The notes under the pieces: model-generated
What the model saw: the letters and a program-made list of their open reading frames with translations, nothing else
Told to the model about the DNA's origin: nothing
Database searches by the model: none
Position numbers and translations under genes: made by a program
Assembly (NCBI GenBank): GCA_964016885.1
Contig: OZ024740.1
Coordinates: 429,412,001-429,476,000 of the forward strand
From: Eledone cirrhosa
Taxonomy: Eukaryota
Direction: 5' to 3'
Length of the DNA stretch: 64,000 nt
Part shown: positions 39,501 to 52,197 of the stretch, piece after piece
Position numbering within the stretch: the stretch's first letter is position 1
Layout: each line of letters opens with the position of its first letter

Positions 39501-39721
39501 CGCGGTGTCCCGGATGGGGCATATGCGGCTACCAGCCTGAAGGCTCCACCTTCACTACCGTCAACGTCTAGGACCACCAGTCGACCCTCCGGGTCCAGAT
39601 GTACCGTCTGTGTTACGAGGCCCAGGTGTTTCCGCAGCAAAACGGCAACTCCGCCCCCACTCCCCGGTTGACAGAGAGATGCGTAGATCTCAAAGTCATC
39701 GAAGACTCTTATATTGGCCAT
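36592..39721 (-). pseudogene. ORF2 of copy C (deletions, frameshifts, stops)
   Basis: Fragments 38417-39721, 37964-38371, 37190-37594 and 36592-37038 align to copy A ORF2; N-terminal deletion MANIRV|FDDF. Confidence 0.9.
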
Positions 39722-39754
39722 GTTGGTGCTGAAAAGTTAAAAGAGGAAAAGAGA

Positions 39755-41675
39755 TCACTCACCCTTCGTCTCCTGGGGACCAGGCCGCACAATTTTCATG
39801 GGGGTGTTGGAGGGGTTGTCTGGATGGGTGGTGGTTTCCGGCGGGGTGGGGACGGAGATGTTTGGTGGGGTGGGGTCTGGTGGGATGGGGGTGTCTGGGG
39901 TGTGGAGACATTTGAGAAGGACGCGGTTAAGTGGTTTCACGCAGGAATTCCCCACATCCTTCTCAAATGTTTCTTTTAGGGACCTATAGGTTTGTATAGG
40001 GACCCTAATCAGTTTTAGGTTCAGTTTTTTGCTATTTTTAATAGAGTGGGCGAAAGTTTTCCCTTCGGTTTTCACCGAAGGGTCGTTCGTGATGGTCTCC
40101 ATTAGTGTTTTGTTTTCAGCGTTTATGTAAGTGTAAGTGTAATTTTCTTGTGTTGTTTGTTTTTGTCTGTAGTTCTTGTGTGTGCTTTCGTTTTGTTGTA
40201 GGTATTTTGTTTTCAGGAGGTGGGGGTTTTGTTTGTGATGTTTTTGCTGTTTGTGTTGGTGGTTGTATGTTTGGGGTAGTGTTTGCTGGTTTTTTGCTTT
40301 TGTGATGTCTTTTCTTTCTTTTCGAGCGATGGGGTTCTCCCTCGTCTTCTCTGGGTGATGGCGAGATAGCCTCAACTGTTGTATCGTCTGTGTGATTGGG
40401 GAGGGGTATGTTTTGGGGAGCTGTTGTGTCTGTATGTGATTTTGCAGTGGTTTTAGGTGGAGTGGGGTTGGGTGGGACTGTGTTTGTTGTGGTTAGTTTT
40501 GTGTGTTGGTGTTGTTGTTGTGGTGGTGTTGGTGGTTGTGTTGTTTTGATGGGTGTCGGCAGAAGTGCCTTTTTTTTATTCATTAATTTAGGACAGGAAG
40601 CCCTCAGGTGACCCCTGCTAAAGCAATGGTAACATGAAGGCCGCCTACCCTCAACCGAAAAGTGTATGTAGGTGAGTCCGTCCAGGAGTACACGTTGTGG
40701 GATCATAGCTATTCGCTCTGGGCTCATTTGCACCAGAACTTCAATGCTAGTCCCATTGAATACATCTCTGGGGGACTTTCCTACTGACAGTATTCTGTCT
40801 TCATCAAATTGATGAAGCCGCACAGTATCCACCATATGTTCACCTTTGGTGTGACACTCGTGATTTTGATCTTTTGTGTCCTTTTACCCATGTATGTAGG
40901 GAAAAAGGTGTACAGGTTGGATACAATTGGCGACACAGAGTAATTTTGGGCCGTCAATTGATCCTTCATGAGTACCGAAATACTCTCAAAAAGTTTGCTT
41001 CTTTGAATGAATGCATATCATTCATTGAATTTTTGAAAACCAGTTCAATTTCTTTCTGTGACAATTGGACTGGTTTTCGGGTAGAATTGGAAACTGTCCT
41101 AAAAACTATCGTTTTGAGAGCAGTTTCCTTGCGAATTTCTACCGGAGAATTGATGCTGAAAGCACCATTTTTTTCGAAAGTGACATATCTCCTAGCGTCC
41201 TTTAAAAGTTGTTCAGCATTTGTTATGTCGAGATATATCAGTTCCTCCATTTTTTTAACTGTCTGTGCAAAGGAGATTTTGGTTTCTTTGTGGAATTATC
41301 CGTGTTGGTGGTGTCGTCATTATTGTTGTTATTGTTGTTGTTATTCTTGTTGTCACCGATATTGATATTATTCGTATTTTCCTTGGTGTTGTTGTTGTCT
41401 TTGATGCTGGTGTTATTGGTGTTGTCTTTATTTTTTTCTTTGTTGTTGTTATCATTGTTGTTTTTATCATCATTATTGGTGTTGCTGTTATTTTTGTTGT
41501 CATTGAACTGTTTGGTGTCATTTGTGCTTGGATATGAATTTGTTTTTGCATTTTCATTTCGTCTTTCCATCTCTATAGTATCTATTGAGAAGGAAGGGGA
41601 AGAAGACGATGTTGAGTGCGAGTTGTGTAGTCTTACCGCCTCTCCACCACCATTATCGTTGGACGCAGCGTTCAT
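39755..41675 (-). pseudogene. ORF1 of copy C (frameshifted)
   Basis: Fragments include TYMGKRTQKIKI, CYHCFSRGHLRASC, PLNRVLLK. Confidence 0.85.
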
Positions 41676-41900
41676 AACGTAATCAAACTTTTACAATATT
41701 TTTTCCAAGATTCGATGGAGAAAAAATTTTTCAAACGGATATTTCGCCCCTGTAGGGGCGAAGATGAGTTGACCCACCACCTGAAGGTCCAGACGGGGGG
41801 TCAAGTTACATAATAATATAAAATTTAACTAAAAACTCACGTTTTTTTCTTACATAAATTAACGGAAACTTCTCCGCGAAGTTACACACGTCTGATAGAG

Positions 41901-41974
<74 letters not shown>

Positions 41975-43565
41975 TGTTTCTTTTATTTGTCACCAGGGCA
42001 TCAAAAGTGGGACAAGTATAATGGGGGGAGTTTACAAAACAAGGCGTCCTCAATAAGGAGGAGGCAATAACAATATATAAAATAAAATAAAATATAACAA
42101 AAAATAAAATTTATAACAAAGTCCTCAATAGAGAGGAGGCGCCTTGGGGGGTCGCACACACCCCCGAAAAAAAGTGTGCAACCCTTTTCCTCAGGAGCAC
42201 AGAGAGGTGGTGCTCCCTTGTCTTTCATCTTCCCCATCTATAGTCTGATGTAGAGTGAAGGCCCATTCACACGGGCCATTCTCGTCACTTTCACCCATCT
42301 TTCATAAAAACGACTGGGGTGCAGCACCTCTCTCTCCATCCTGATCCTTCTTCCGAAATGATATCGGAAGAAACGGACCAGTTGTTGGCCAGAGAGAAAG
42401 GTGTCTGACCTCAATCCTTTCAGACGCGTCCACCATACAACCTCTTTCGCCATGGCTATTACGCACAGAAACACCGCCTCTTCTTCGTTTTTGAAGAGGG
42501 GAGGCGGCTTGATCGTTACAATAGACTCGGTGGTCAACCGGATCGGTCCCACCCTTGACAGCAGTTGTTCGACATAGCCCCACAGATCGGCAGTGCCCGA
42601 GCAGTGTACCAATGCGTGTGCAACGGTTTCCTCGTCGCACACGCATCTGGGACAGATCTTTTTCGAGGGTCCCTACTCGGGCGCCCGTGTCTGTAGAACC
42701 TTTCTCGAACGGGCAGAGCCCTTCTGTAGCATTGCCAGGCCAGGGACCTCTGGAAGTTATTTATGGGTCCCGGGCTGAATGTCCTACCGAACAGGTTGGC
42801 CAGTTCGTCTTCCTCCATGCCTAGGGCTTCTCCGAGGGCGTCGTCGCACCTCCTAACCACCAGCCCTCTATAGAATGACGAGGTGGATTCTCCACTGACA
42901 GCCGGGTCCGCCTGCCAGAGAGCCGTGAGCGCCTGGGCACACTCGGTGTGCCAGGCGCCCAGTTTTCTCGGTCTTTGCTTGACCCAGGATTGCAGCTCGG
43001 TGAGTGAGACGAGTCTGGGAAAGGCTCGCCTCACAAACGGAGCCCACACCGGTTGACCGGAGAGGAATACCTGAAGGTGCCGTAGCCTTAATGCGTGTTT
43101 ACGTATCATCAGCCACGGCATCCCCAGCCCTCCTTTCGAAGGGTGTTTACAGCAGATGGATCTCCTCACCATAGGAGCCCGCTTCTTCCAAAGGAATTGG
43201 AAGAGTGCGCGCTCCATTTTGGCGAGCGTTTCCCTTGGGCAAGGCACAACGGTCAGGCGGTAGTAGATGACGGACGCTATATAAGTGTTCGCCACCTCCG
43301 CCCGACCTTTCAGGGACAGTTTGCACTCGGCCCACTTCTGGGTCAGTGCAAACACCCTGTTCGTTACCTCACCCCAGTTCTTCTCCACCTGGAGGTCTGG
43401 TCCGAACCAGACCCCGAGCAACTTCACCGGGCCCTCCGTCCAGCGCCCGACGACGCCGTCGGAGGGCATCGATCTGCCCCTCCACGTGCCGAGTTGCAGA
43501 CCGATCGACTTGTCCCGGTTCAGCTTAGCCCCTGTAAACCTTTCGTACTCCTCCAGTAAGGTGCC
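41975..43565 (-). mobile_element. Tx1 LINE copy D, 5'-truncated (same subfamily as A)
   Basis: Begins at GTLLEEY directly after (TCTA)n; 3'UTR near-identical to copy A. Confidence 0.92.
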
Positions 43566-43823
43566 GATAGATAGATAGATAGATAGATATATAGATAGAT
43601 AGATTTCTTTATTTTCCATAAAGGCATAAAAAGAAGGGACAAATACAAAGGGGGAGTTTACATAAAACAGAGTAAAAAGGGTATAAAATGAAAATAATCA
43701 AAAACAACCTCAAAAGGGAGGGGACGTGATGGGGGTTGCACACACCCCCGAAAAAGTGTTCAATCCTTTGCCTTTGCCCGGGAGCACATGGAGAAGGTGC
43801 TCCCCTCTCCTTCACTTCCTTAC

Positions 43824-45197
43824 CTACAGGATGGTATACAGAGAAGGCCCATTTACACGAGCCATTCTCGCCACTATCACCCACCTTTCATAAAACTGCC
43901 TGTGGCCAAGCACCTCTCTCTCCATTCTTATCCTTCTTCCGAAGTGATATCGGAAGAAGTAGACCAGACTATGGCCAGAGAGGAAGTTGCCTGACCTCAG
44001 ACCTTTCAATCGTGTCCACCAAACAACCTCTTTCAACATGGCTATTACGCACAGAAAAACCGCCTTTGCTTCCTTTGTGAAGAGGGGAGGCGGTTTGATT
44101 GTCATCACAGACTCGGCGGTCAATTGAATCGGCGCCACCCGCGACAGCAGTCGTTCGGCGTAGCCCCACAGATCAGCCACGCCCGGACAGTGCACCAATG
44201 CGTGCGCAACGGTTTCTTCGGGACGCACGCATCTAGGGCAAATCTTTTTTGAGGGATCCCTGCCCGGGCGCCCGTGTCTGTAAAGCCTTTCTCGAACGGG
44301 TAGAGCCCCCCCGGTAGCACTACCAGGCCAGTGACTTCTGGAAGTTGTCCATTGGTCCCGGGCCGAAAGTCCTACCGAACAGGCTGGCCAGTTCGTCCCC
44401 TTCCATGTCCAGCGACTCTCCAAGGGTGTCATCGCCCCTGCTAGCCACCAGCCCTCTATAGAATGACGAGGTGGATTCTCCACCGATGGCCAGGTCCACT
44501 TGCCAGAGAGCCCTGAGCGCCTGAGCACACTCAGTGTGCCAGTCTCCCAGTTTTCCGGATCTTGCTTGACCCAGGACTGCAGCTCGGTGAGCGAGACGAG
44601 TCTCAGAAAGGCTCGTTTCACGAACGGAGCCCACACCGGTTGACCAGTGAGGAATACCTGTTAATACCTATCGACCAATTTAAAACGGTCGAGTAACCCC
44701 TTGAGGCTGTTACACCCCCCTCTATTAGGACATTCACCTGCATAGTCCCAACGTGCATCTAGGATGTCATTCCAGTCCCCCGCTAGAAGCAGGGAACGCG
44801 ACGTTCCCAGAAAAGTCTCCAGACGCTGGAAGAAGTCGGGTCGTTCAGCTCCGAAAGGGAAGTAGACGGCGACCAGTCTCAAGGCCGCACCTCCACTACT
44901 GCCAACGTCTAGCACCAACAAACGACCTTCCGGGTCCGAGTGAACAACCTGTACGGCAAGACCCAGGTGTTTTTCCAGCAGTACGACAACCCCACCCCCA
45001 CCTCCAGGTTGACAGAGAGATGCATGCACCTCAAAGTCATCGAAGGTAGGGGCCAGCTGCCGCACGACGCTGATCCGAGTCTCACAGATAACCATTACAT
45101 TTATACCACGTGACCTGAGGTCATTTAGAAGCTTTGCTTGCTTCCAAGTTGAGCCCAGGCCACGTGCATTCAAACATCCTACTCTTAACACATCCAT
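43824..45197 (-). pseudogene. ORF2 of copy E lacking the RT domain
   Basis: APE N-terminus 44661-45197; C-terminal CCHC part 43824-44660. Confidence 0.88.
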
Positions 45198-46945
45198 GTG
45201 GGCGGCAAAGCCAAAGGAGAGTGTAGAGACCTACCTTTCTGCTTCCCGGGGTTCGGGTCGCACGACTTCCATGGGGTCGGGGGTGTTGGGTGAAGGGGTG
45301 ACTTGTGGGGGTGTGGGGTCGTCAGTGTGTGGTGGGGTTGGGGTGTTTGGAGTTGTTTTGGGGAGGGGAGGGGAAGGGGAGGGGGAAATCTTTTTAGGAG
45401 GACGCGGTTTATGGGTTTGACAGAGGGTGGTCCTACGTCCTCCTTAAAATCCTTTTTTAGTTTTTGGTAGAGGTTCATTGGGATCTTTATTAATTTTAAA
45501 TGTGGGTAGTTTTCTGAAGAAACAAAGTTTACCCCTTCGGTTTGTACCGAAGATTTATTGTTTATGAGTTCATTTAATTTATTATTGTTTCTGTTGATGT
45601 AAGTATAGTGTAATGTCTTTTTTTCGGATGGTGTGAGTGTTTCGAAGAGGGGAGGAGCAGGTTTGGTTTTGTTTGTTGCTGGAGGGTGTTTTGTGTTTTG
45701 TTGGATTGTGTTGACATTTGGGTAGGGGTTGTTTCGCCATGTGTGTTTTGCACATGTTTTCTTTTTTTTCCTTTTAATCTGTCTGTAGGACTCCGTTTCT
45801 TCCTCCGAATTCGTTGGGTTATCTTCAGTGTTGGAGAGAAGAGGTATGTTTGCTGGTAATGTTTCCGTGTTGGTTTTCTTTGTGGGGGAGATGAATGTCA
45901 CTATGTTAGACTGTGTTGTGTGTTGTGGCTGCGGTGGTTGTGTTGTTTTATTGAGTGAGGGGTTGGGTGGGACTGTGTTTTGTTTTTGGGTAATGTGTTG
46001 TGTCTGTTTGTGTTGTGGCGGTGGTGTAGTTTTAGTGAGGGACGGGTTGGGTGGGACTGAGTTTTGCTGTTTGTTTATCTGTTGTGGTGGTGGTGGAGCT
46101 GGTGCTGGTAGCAGGGTTTTCTTCTTGTTGAGTTGGGGACAAGCCGCCTTCAGGTGCCCTCTGCCTGCACAGATATGATAGGACGGCCTTCTAGCCTCCA
46201 CACTAATGTTTATATACCCGTGGCCCTCTAATAGGATTCTGTCGGGTATTTGGGCAATGCGTTCAGGCTTCATTTGCACTACAAGTTCTATACCTGTTCC
46301 ACTGAACGCATTGCCTGTGGTTTTCCCAATGGAAATCACGTTGTCATTCGCTGGATCGATGAAGCCAGCTATGAGCCAGCAGTAGTTCACATCTGGCATC
46401 ATTGCAGCCAGCCATATGCGCTGAGTTCTTTTACCCATATAACATGGATAAAAGGTAAAATTTGTCGAACGAATCGGCGACAAAACATATTTTTTTGCCG
46501 CCGATTCGTTCTTCATAATAATCGCTAGGCTTCCATACAGCCTGTCTCTTCTTATGAAAGTGGCTTCATTAAATACTTCTGTAAGTACTGCTTTAATTTC
46601 TGCTTGTGTTGGTTGTTGAGGCTTTTTTGAGATGTTGTTGATGGTGCGGAAAACGACCGTCCGACTTTCAATATCTTTGGTGAGTTCTTGGGGCATTTTT
46701 ACCGATAAGGTTCCATTTTCCCCTTGAGTTATGTATTGTTTGGCGTTTTTTATTCTTTGTGCCACATCTGAAATATGTTCAGGTATATATGTTAAAGATT
46801 TCTTTGTTGTTTGTGCAAATGAAATATTATTGGTGTTGACTTTGTAGTCTGCTTTGCTTTCTGTTATGATGTTGTTTTCAAATGTTATTTTTGTGTTTGT
46901 TGTTTCTTTGTTTGTGGTATTAATATTGTTATGCAATTCTTTCAA
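45185..46945 (-). CDS. ORF1 of copy E (largely open; true start probably near 47126; knuckle damaged)
   Basis: 586-aa ORF homologous to copy A ORF1; knuckle reads SYHICAGRGHLKAAC (first Cys lost). Confidence 0.7.
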   Translation of the reverse strand: MKELHNNINTTNKETTNTKITFENNIITESKADYKVNTNNISFAQTTKKSLTYIPEHISDVAQRIKNAKQYITQGENGTLSVKMPQELTKDIESRTVVFRTINNISKKPQQPTQAEIKAVLTEVFNEATFIRRDRLYGSLAIIMKNESAAKKYVLSPIRSTNFTFYPCYMGKRTQRIWLAAMMPDVNYCWLIAGFIDPANDNVISIGKTTGNAFSGTGIELVVQMKPERIAQIPDRILLEGHGYINISVEARRPSYHICAGRGHLKAACPQLNKKKTLLPAPAPPPPQQINKQQNSVPPNPSLTKTTPPPQHKQTQHITQKQNTVPPNPSLNKTTQPPQPQHTTQSNIVTFISPTKKTNTETLPANIPLLSNTEDNPTNSEEETESYRQIKRKKKKTCAKHTWRNNPYPNVNTIQQNTKHPPATNKTKPAPPLFETLTPSEKKTLHYTYINRNNNKLNELINNKSSVQTEGVNFVSSENYPHLKLIKIPMNLYQKLKKDFKEDVGPPSVKPINRVLLKRFPPPLPLPSPKQLQTPQPHHTLTTPHPHKSPLHPTPPTPWKSCDPNPGKQKGRSLHSPLALPPTWMC

Positions 46946-47349
46946 ATTTCTTTTGTGTTTTCGTCATTTTTCTCCGCGCATTCGTCTGTTTTTATTTTAT
47001 TTTTTATTTCCTTCTCTATGACGTTAGTTGGGAAGGAAGGGGGGACTAAAGCGTGCGAGTTTTCAACTCTTACCGCTGTCCCCCCCCCCCCCCCCCACCA
47101 CTATTTTCGTTAGCTTCGTTTAACATTTCTGCCAGACGATTGAAATTTTATACCACAAAATTTTTTAAAAACAGGTTTTGCACCCCTGGGAGGGGCGAAG
47201 ATGAGCTGACCCACCGCCTGACAGTTCAGACGGAGGGTCAAGCTACACAATAGTATCAAAATTAAAATTAAACTTACAAAATTTCCGCAATAAATTGGAA
47301 CAAAACTTCTGCGCGAACTGAATTACGTCTACGCTGTCGAACAGACGAC

Positions 47350-47885
<536 letters not shown>

Positions 47886-48184
47886 ATGTTTTGGGTTTAT
47901 TTTCTGGGGGTTTTCTTCCTTGAAAACAAAGAGGAATAAATAGAATTAAAATGAGGAAGATGACATCTCGTCTGGTCAATGGATCTGGTGAAGTTATATA
48001 TATATGTGACTTGTGATGGCAGCAGACATTTATTTATAAGGATTCTTAGAAATACAAGTCTTCAACACACTTCAAAATATTCAACTTCAAGTTGTACAAC
48101 CTCAAAAATTCCTGCTTAATGGGTTTCTGAATACGACAGTAATTCTTGACAACTTAGTGGAAAACTGAGAATTGAGCCTGTCTG

Positions 48185-48230
<46 letters not shown>

Positions 48231-48234
<4 letters not shown>

Positions 48235-48415
48235 AAAAAGTATGACCCCGACGGCTGAGCTCAAGCCGTTTCGACGGCTATTTCTGGACGTGGAAACGAA
48301 ACGGCTTGAGCTCTGCCGTCGGGGTCATACATTTTCCTATTTCCCACTCTACTACCCTAAGTATTGAGTACTCTGGAGCGTTATGGTCCATCTGGTCCTT
48401 ACCACAATTCCTTTG

Positions 48416-48417
<2 letters not shown>
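48231..48417 (+). mobile_element. Short fold-back element (family of 21734)
   Basis: GACCCCGACGGCTGAGCTCAAGCCGTTTCG and its inverse, then the shared tail; (TA)n on both sides. Confidence 0.7.
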
Positions 48418-48458
<41 letters not shown>

Positions 48459-48769
48459 AAAACATAAATTATCGAGATTCGCATTTCGGCCCACGAAATA
48501 ACGAAAAACAACCTCCGAGATGTGAGGCAAGTGCTCAATGATTCAGATGAACCAGAGCTATAACAAACGCCAAACACACTGAGACGATGGTTAAACAATC
48601 ATTCGCATAGCCCCCAAAAAACGATCAAGTAATTCGGACCCCTGGAAGGTTGGTAAAATCCAGTATTTGGGTTTCTGCGGCTCCTAAATCAAGTACCGTC
48701 CGCTTACATAAATAATATCAGGCTTCTGGTCAGATGATTGAAGAAGGAAGCCACTTTGTATGTGGAAGC

Positions 48770-48826
<57 letters not shown>

Positions 48827-48831
48827 ATGTG

Positions 48832-48968
<137 letters not shown>

Positions 48969-49123
48969 ATTATGTACGTGTTTGTGTATGTGTGTGTTTG
49001 TCTGCGCGGGCGTGTGTCTGTTTGTGTGTGTTTTTATGCGCGCGCGCGTGTGTGTGTATATATATATATATATACATGTATATAATAAAGAAGAAATTAA
49101 AAGATGGTTAAAAGAGTTCCATA

Positions 49124-49193
49124 TATTTTATTATGCGTATTTCGAATACAAAATCCTCCGGGGACAAAAATTGTGTTCTCATCAGATAAAATA
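49124..49193 (-). ncRNA. Type I hammerhead motif (intact core)
   Basis: TATTTTAT-CTGATGA-GAACACAA..TTGTATTC-GAAA-TACGCA-TA-ATAAAATA. Confidence 0.7.
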
Positions 49194-49236
49194 GGGTGCT
49201 AAAACAAGTGCTATTATGCCTCATATCATGTTACCT

Positions 49237-49306
49237 TATTTTATATGATGAGAACACAATTTTTGTCCCGGGATGATTTTGTGTTCGAAATGCGCATAAT
49301 AAAATA
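49237..49306 (+). ncRNA. Type I hammerhead motif (C3 to A mutation)
   Basis: TATTTTAT-aTGATGA-GAACACAA..TTGTGTTC-GAAA-TGCGCA-TA-ATAAAATA; 8-bp stem I, palindromic stem III. Confidence 0.65.
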
Positions 49307-49444
49307 TATGGAACTCTTTTAACCATCTTTTTAACCATCTTTTAATTTCTTCTTTATTATATATACACCAGTTCTACCAACTGTTGCGTGCTACTTACCA
49401 GATATATGCATAGTTTTATTGTTCTACAATATTACTCACCTTCT

Positions 49445-49518
<74 letters not shown>

Positions 49519-49710
49519 GTGAGGTTTTTTTACAAAATGAAAAATAACCGAGGTGTCCTACACGAGTGAAAAAAAGCTGAAATTGAAAATGTAACTGGAG
49601 TGTTATTTTTTTTTTTAAATATATATATTTATTTGGTTCCTTTACCGGTTTCGCAGTTCTTCTGCTTTTCAAAAGTAGAGTTGAGATGGAGGGTCTGTGG
49701 TTTTTCTCAC

Positions 49711-49756
<46 letters not shown>

Positions 49757-49758
<2 letters not shown>

Positions 49759-50089
49759 GATATTAACAAATGGAAACTATATTTATAAAACCATATTTAT
49801 TTTATTATACATATTTCAATCCGGGAGCTTCCAACAGTAATGGTTGCATTTTTTAAGGGTATGTCAATATTTATTTATAAAACTGATCTATATTGTATTT
49901 TGTCTGATAAAAGCACACCATAATTTAACGTGGTGTCCTTGAAATATGTATAATAAAATAAATATGGTTTTATAAATATAGTTTCCATTTGTTAATATCG
50001 TATATTTACTCCAAATACTTGAGTGCTTTATATCAGTTATAAAAATATTTGCTTGTTATATCCCAACAATTTAAATAGAACTTTTGCAT

Positions 50090-50090
<1 letters not shown>
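49757..50090 (+). mobile_element. pLTR remnant with inverted arm and degenerate hammerhead (49897-49959)
   Basis: Arms 49757-49819 and 49939-50001; ATTTTGT-CTGATaA..ACACCA..TGGTGT..GAAA-TATGTA-TA-ATAAAAT. Confidence 0.6.
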
Positions 50091-50136
<46 letters not shown>

Positions 50137-50141
<5 letters not shown>

Positions 50142-50424
50142 TGATGAGCAGAACAAACAAACATTAAACAATCCTTTAAATAAATAAAAAAATGAATTTC
50201 CAATCTTCTGTAGATGGAAACCGCCGGTAATAGCATTATGAACAGGTAGATATTTAAATCATTTTTTAATTTATTTAAGGGATTGTTTAATGTTTGTTTG
50301 TTCTGCTCATCAATTTTTATAGTTCTGGTATCTCGAATTAGTACCATAGAACAACAATTATATTATAGACACCCTATATATCTCTATAGGTACTTAGTAC
50401 TCAGTGAGTTATTTACCTCATTTT

Positions 50425-50425
<1 letters not shown>
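50137..50425 (+). repeat. Fold-back element with ~60-bp arms plus tail
   Basis: AAATTGATGAGCAGAACAAACAAACATTAAACAATCC and its inverse at 50279-50315. Confidence 0.7.
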
Positions 50426-50457
<32 letters not shown>

Positions 50458-50462
50458 GTATA

Positions 50463-50630
50463 TGAAAAGATTCAGGACCCCGACGGCTGAGCTCCGGGCG
50501 TTTCGACAGCTAGATCCGAACGGCCGGAGCTCACCCGTCGGGGTCCTGAATCTTTTCCTATTACCCACTCTACTACCCCAAGTATCTCAGTACTCTGGTG
50601 CGTTATGGTCCACACCCTCTCTGTTATTTT
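50463..50630 (+). mobile_element. Short fold-back element (family of 21734)
   Basis: GAAAAGATTCAGGACCCCGACGG..CCGTCGGGGTCCTGAATCTTTTC plus the shared tail. Confidence 0.7.
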
Positions 50631-50637
50631 TATATAT

Positions 50638-50757
50638 GCATGGCCTCAGCCGGATGGCTGGAACAGATAAAAGAGTAAAAGAGTTATATATATATATATA
50701 CTCTTTTACTCTTTTACCTGTTTCAGCCATCCGGCTGAGGCCATGCTGGGGCACCGC
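50638..50757. repeat. Inverted repeat around (TA)n, probably SINE 3' ends
   Basis: GCATGGCCTCAGCCGGATGGCTG..AAAAGAG / CTCTTTT..CAGCCATCCGGCTGAGGCCATGC. Confidence 0.65.
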
Positions 50758-50836
50758 ATATATATATATATAAATGAAGTAATTCCGTCGGAAAAGTCCA
50801 GGAAAAAAGAGTGCTCTATGTAGGTAACAGAGCTTA

Positions 50837-51116
50837 ATAGTTATGTAATAAACAACATAAGGCAATTATTTCATTTACCAGTGGTTTCTTTGGAAGGAGT
50901 AGGTATATTTTTGATTGAATAATCCAATTCATAAAGGTCCATGGTGTATGTTGGTTAAATTCCTGAAAACTGTAGAGTGCTCAACTAATCGGGCTGGAAA
51001 GTGCCAATCGTATATGTAATATAGAATATGCTTCAATCAATCCCGGTTGGAGCTGTCCTTCCAAAGAAACCACTGGTAAATGAAATAATTGCCTTATGTT
51101 GTTTATTACATAACTA
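50837..51116. repeat. 62-bp inverted repeat with ~157-bp spacer
   Basis: ATAGTTATGTAATAAACAACATAAGG..GGAAGGA and its exact inverse. Confidence 0.8.
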
Positions 51117-51126
51117 TATATATATA

Positions 51127-51759
51127 TAAGTATGTATACGTTCATAGATATATGTATACAGACGTACAGTAGTATGTATATATATACATACATGCACACA
51201 TATATATATATATATGTACGTATGGGTTTACCGAGCATTTATTATAGTCTTCGGTTTGTTTGTAAACAAACAGCCCGAATTACGCCATACAGTGCTCGGA
51301 AACCATCGTTGCCCTTTTGTTCAACACTGACACAGGGACGATGTATTAATATGTAGTTATAAATATACATACTACTGTACGTCTGTATACATATATGTAT
51401 GTACGTATACATACTTATATTTAGGTATCAGCCGTACTAAGAGTGAGAAATGAAATTTCGTTTCATTCTTTTCCATTCATCGTTTTCGGTATGCCCGGCC
51501 GACTAACTCACTCGATATGCAAATTAGGCTGCTCAGCCGTTAATATGCATAATGAAAGTATATACTTTCAGACGTTCAATCATCTGACAGAAAGGTATAC
51601 GATGCTGACGATAGCTAATAAGCTTGAAACTAGTACATCGTTCCTCTGCCAGTGTTGAACAAAAGGGCGACGATGGTTGCCGAGCACTGTACGGCGTAAT
51701 TCGGGCTGTTTGTTTACAAACAAACTGAACATGATAATAAATGTTCGGTAAACCCATAC

Positions 51760-51794
<35 letters not shown>

Positions 51795-51913
51795 TGTATA
51801 TATATACATACTACTGTGCGTCTGTACACATATATGTATGTACGTATACATACTTATATTTAGGTACCAGCCGTACTAAGAGTGAGAAATGAAATTTCGT
51901 TTCATTCTTTTCC
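51127..51913 (+). mobile_element. pLTR-like composite: inverted arm, partial direct repeat, hammerhead-bearing copy
   Basis: 51127-51348 is inverse to 51631-51858; 51363-51476 repeats at 51801-51913. Confidence 0.65.
51599..51641 (+). ncRNA. Minimal type I hammerhead ribozyme (best preserved in the window)
   Basis: ACGATG-CTGACGA-T-AGCT-aata-AGCT-T-GAAA-CTAG-TA-CATCGT; 6-bp stem I, palindromic ACTAGT stem III. Confidence 0.8.
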
Positions 51914-52012
51914 ATATATATATATATATATATATATATAAAGGAACGATCGACTTTCGTCAAATCGGACCGAGGAAACAATGTTTCCTTTGGTCTTTCC
52001 AATTGCTAATAC

Positions 52013-52056
<44 letters not shown>

Positions 52057-52197
52057 CAATATTATCGCAGTCTTTTGAAAAATAACTGGGATTAGTCACA
52101 AATATTAGTACCACTTGAGGAAAATCCGAGTATAAATATATAAATGAAAATAAAATTAATGTAAGCAAAATGCCAACAATAATTCAGGTATATAAGT

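Larger units (their letters stand above)
36351..41893 (-). mobile_element. Tx1 LINE copy C, full length, inactivated
   Basis: 5'UTR, broken ORF1 and ORF2, 3'UTR; (TCTA)n on both sides. Confidence 0.92.
43603..47349 (-). mobile_element. Tx1 LINE copy E, both ends present, large internal ORF2 deletion
   Basis: 5'UTR like copy C; endonuclease ..LVDRY joined at ~44660 to QVFLTG; (TCTA)n on both sides. Confidence 0.9.
49077..49440 (+). mobile_element. Penelope-like pLTR remnant with ~120-bp inverted duplication
   Basis: Arms 49077-49197 and 49233-49365, each containing a hammerhead motif. Confidence 0.7.
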
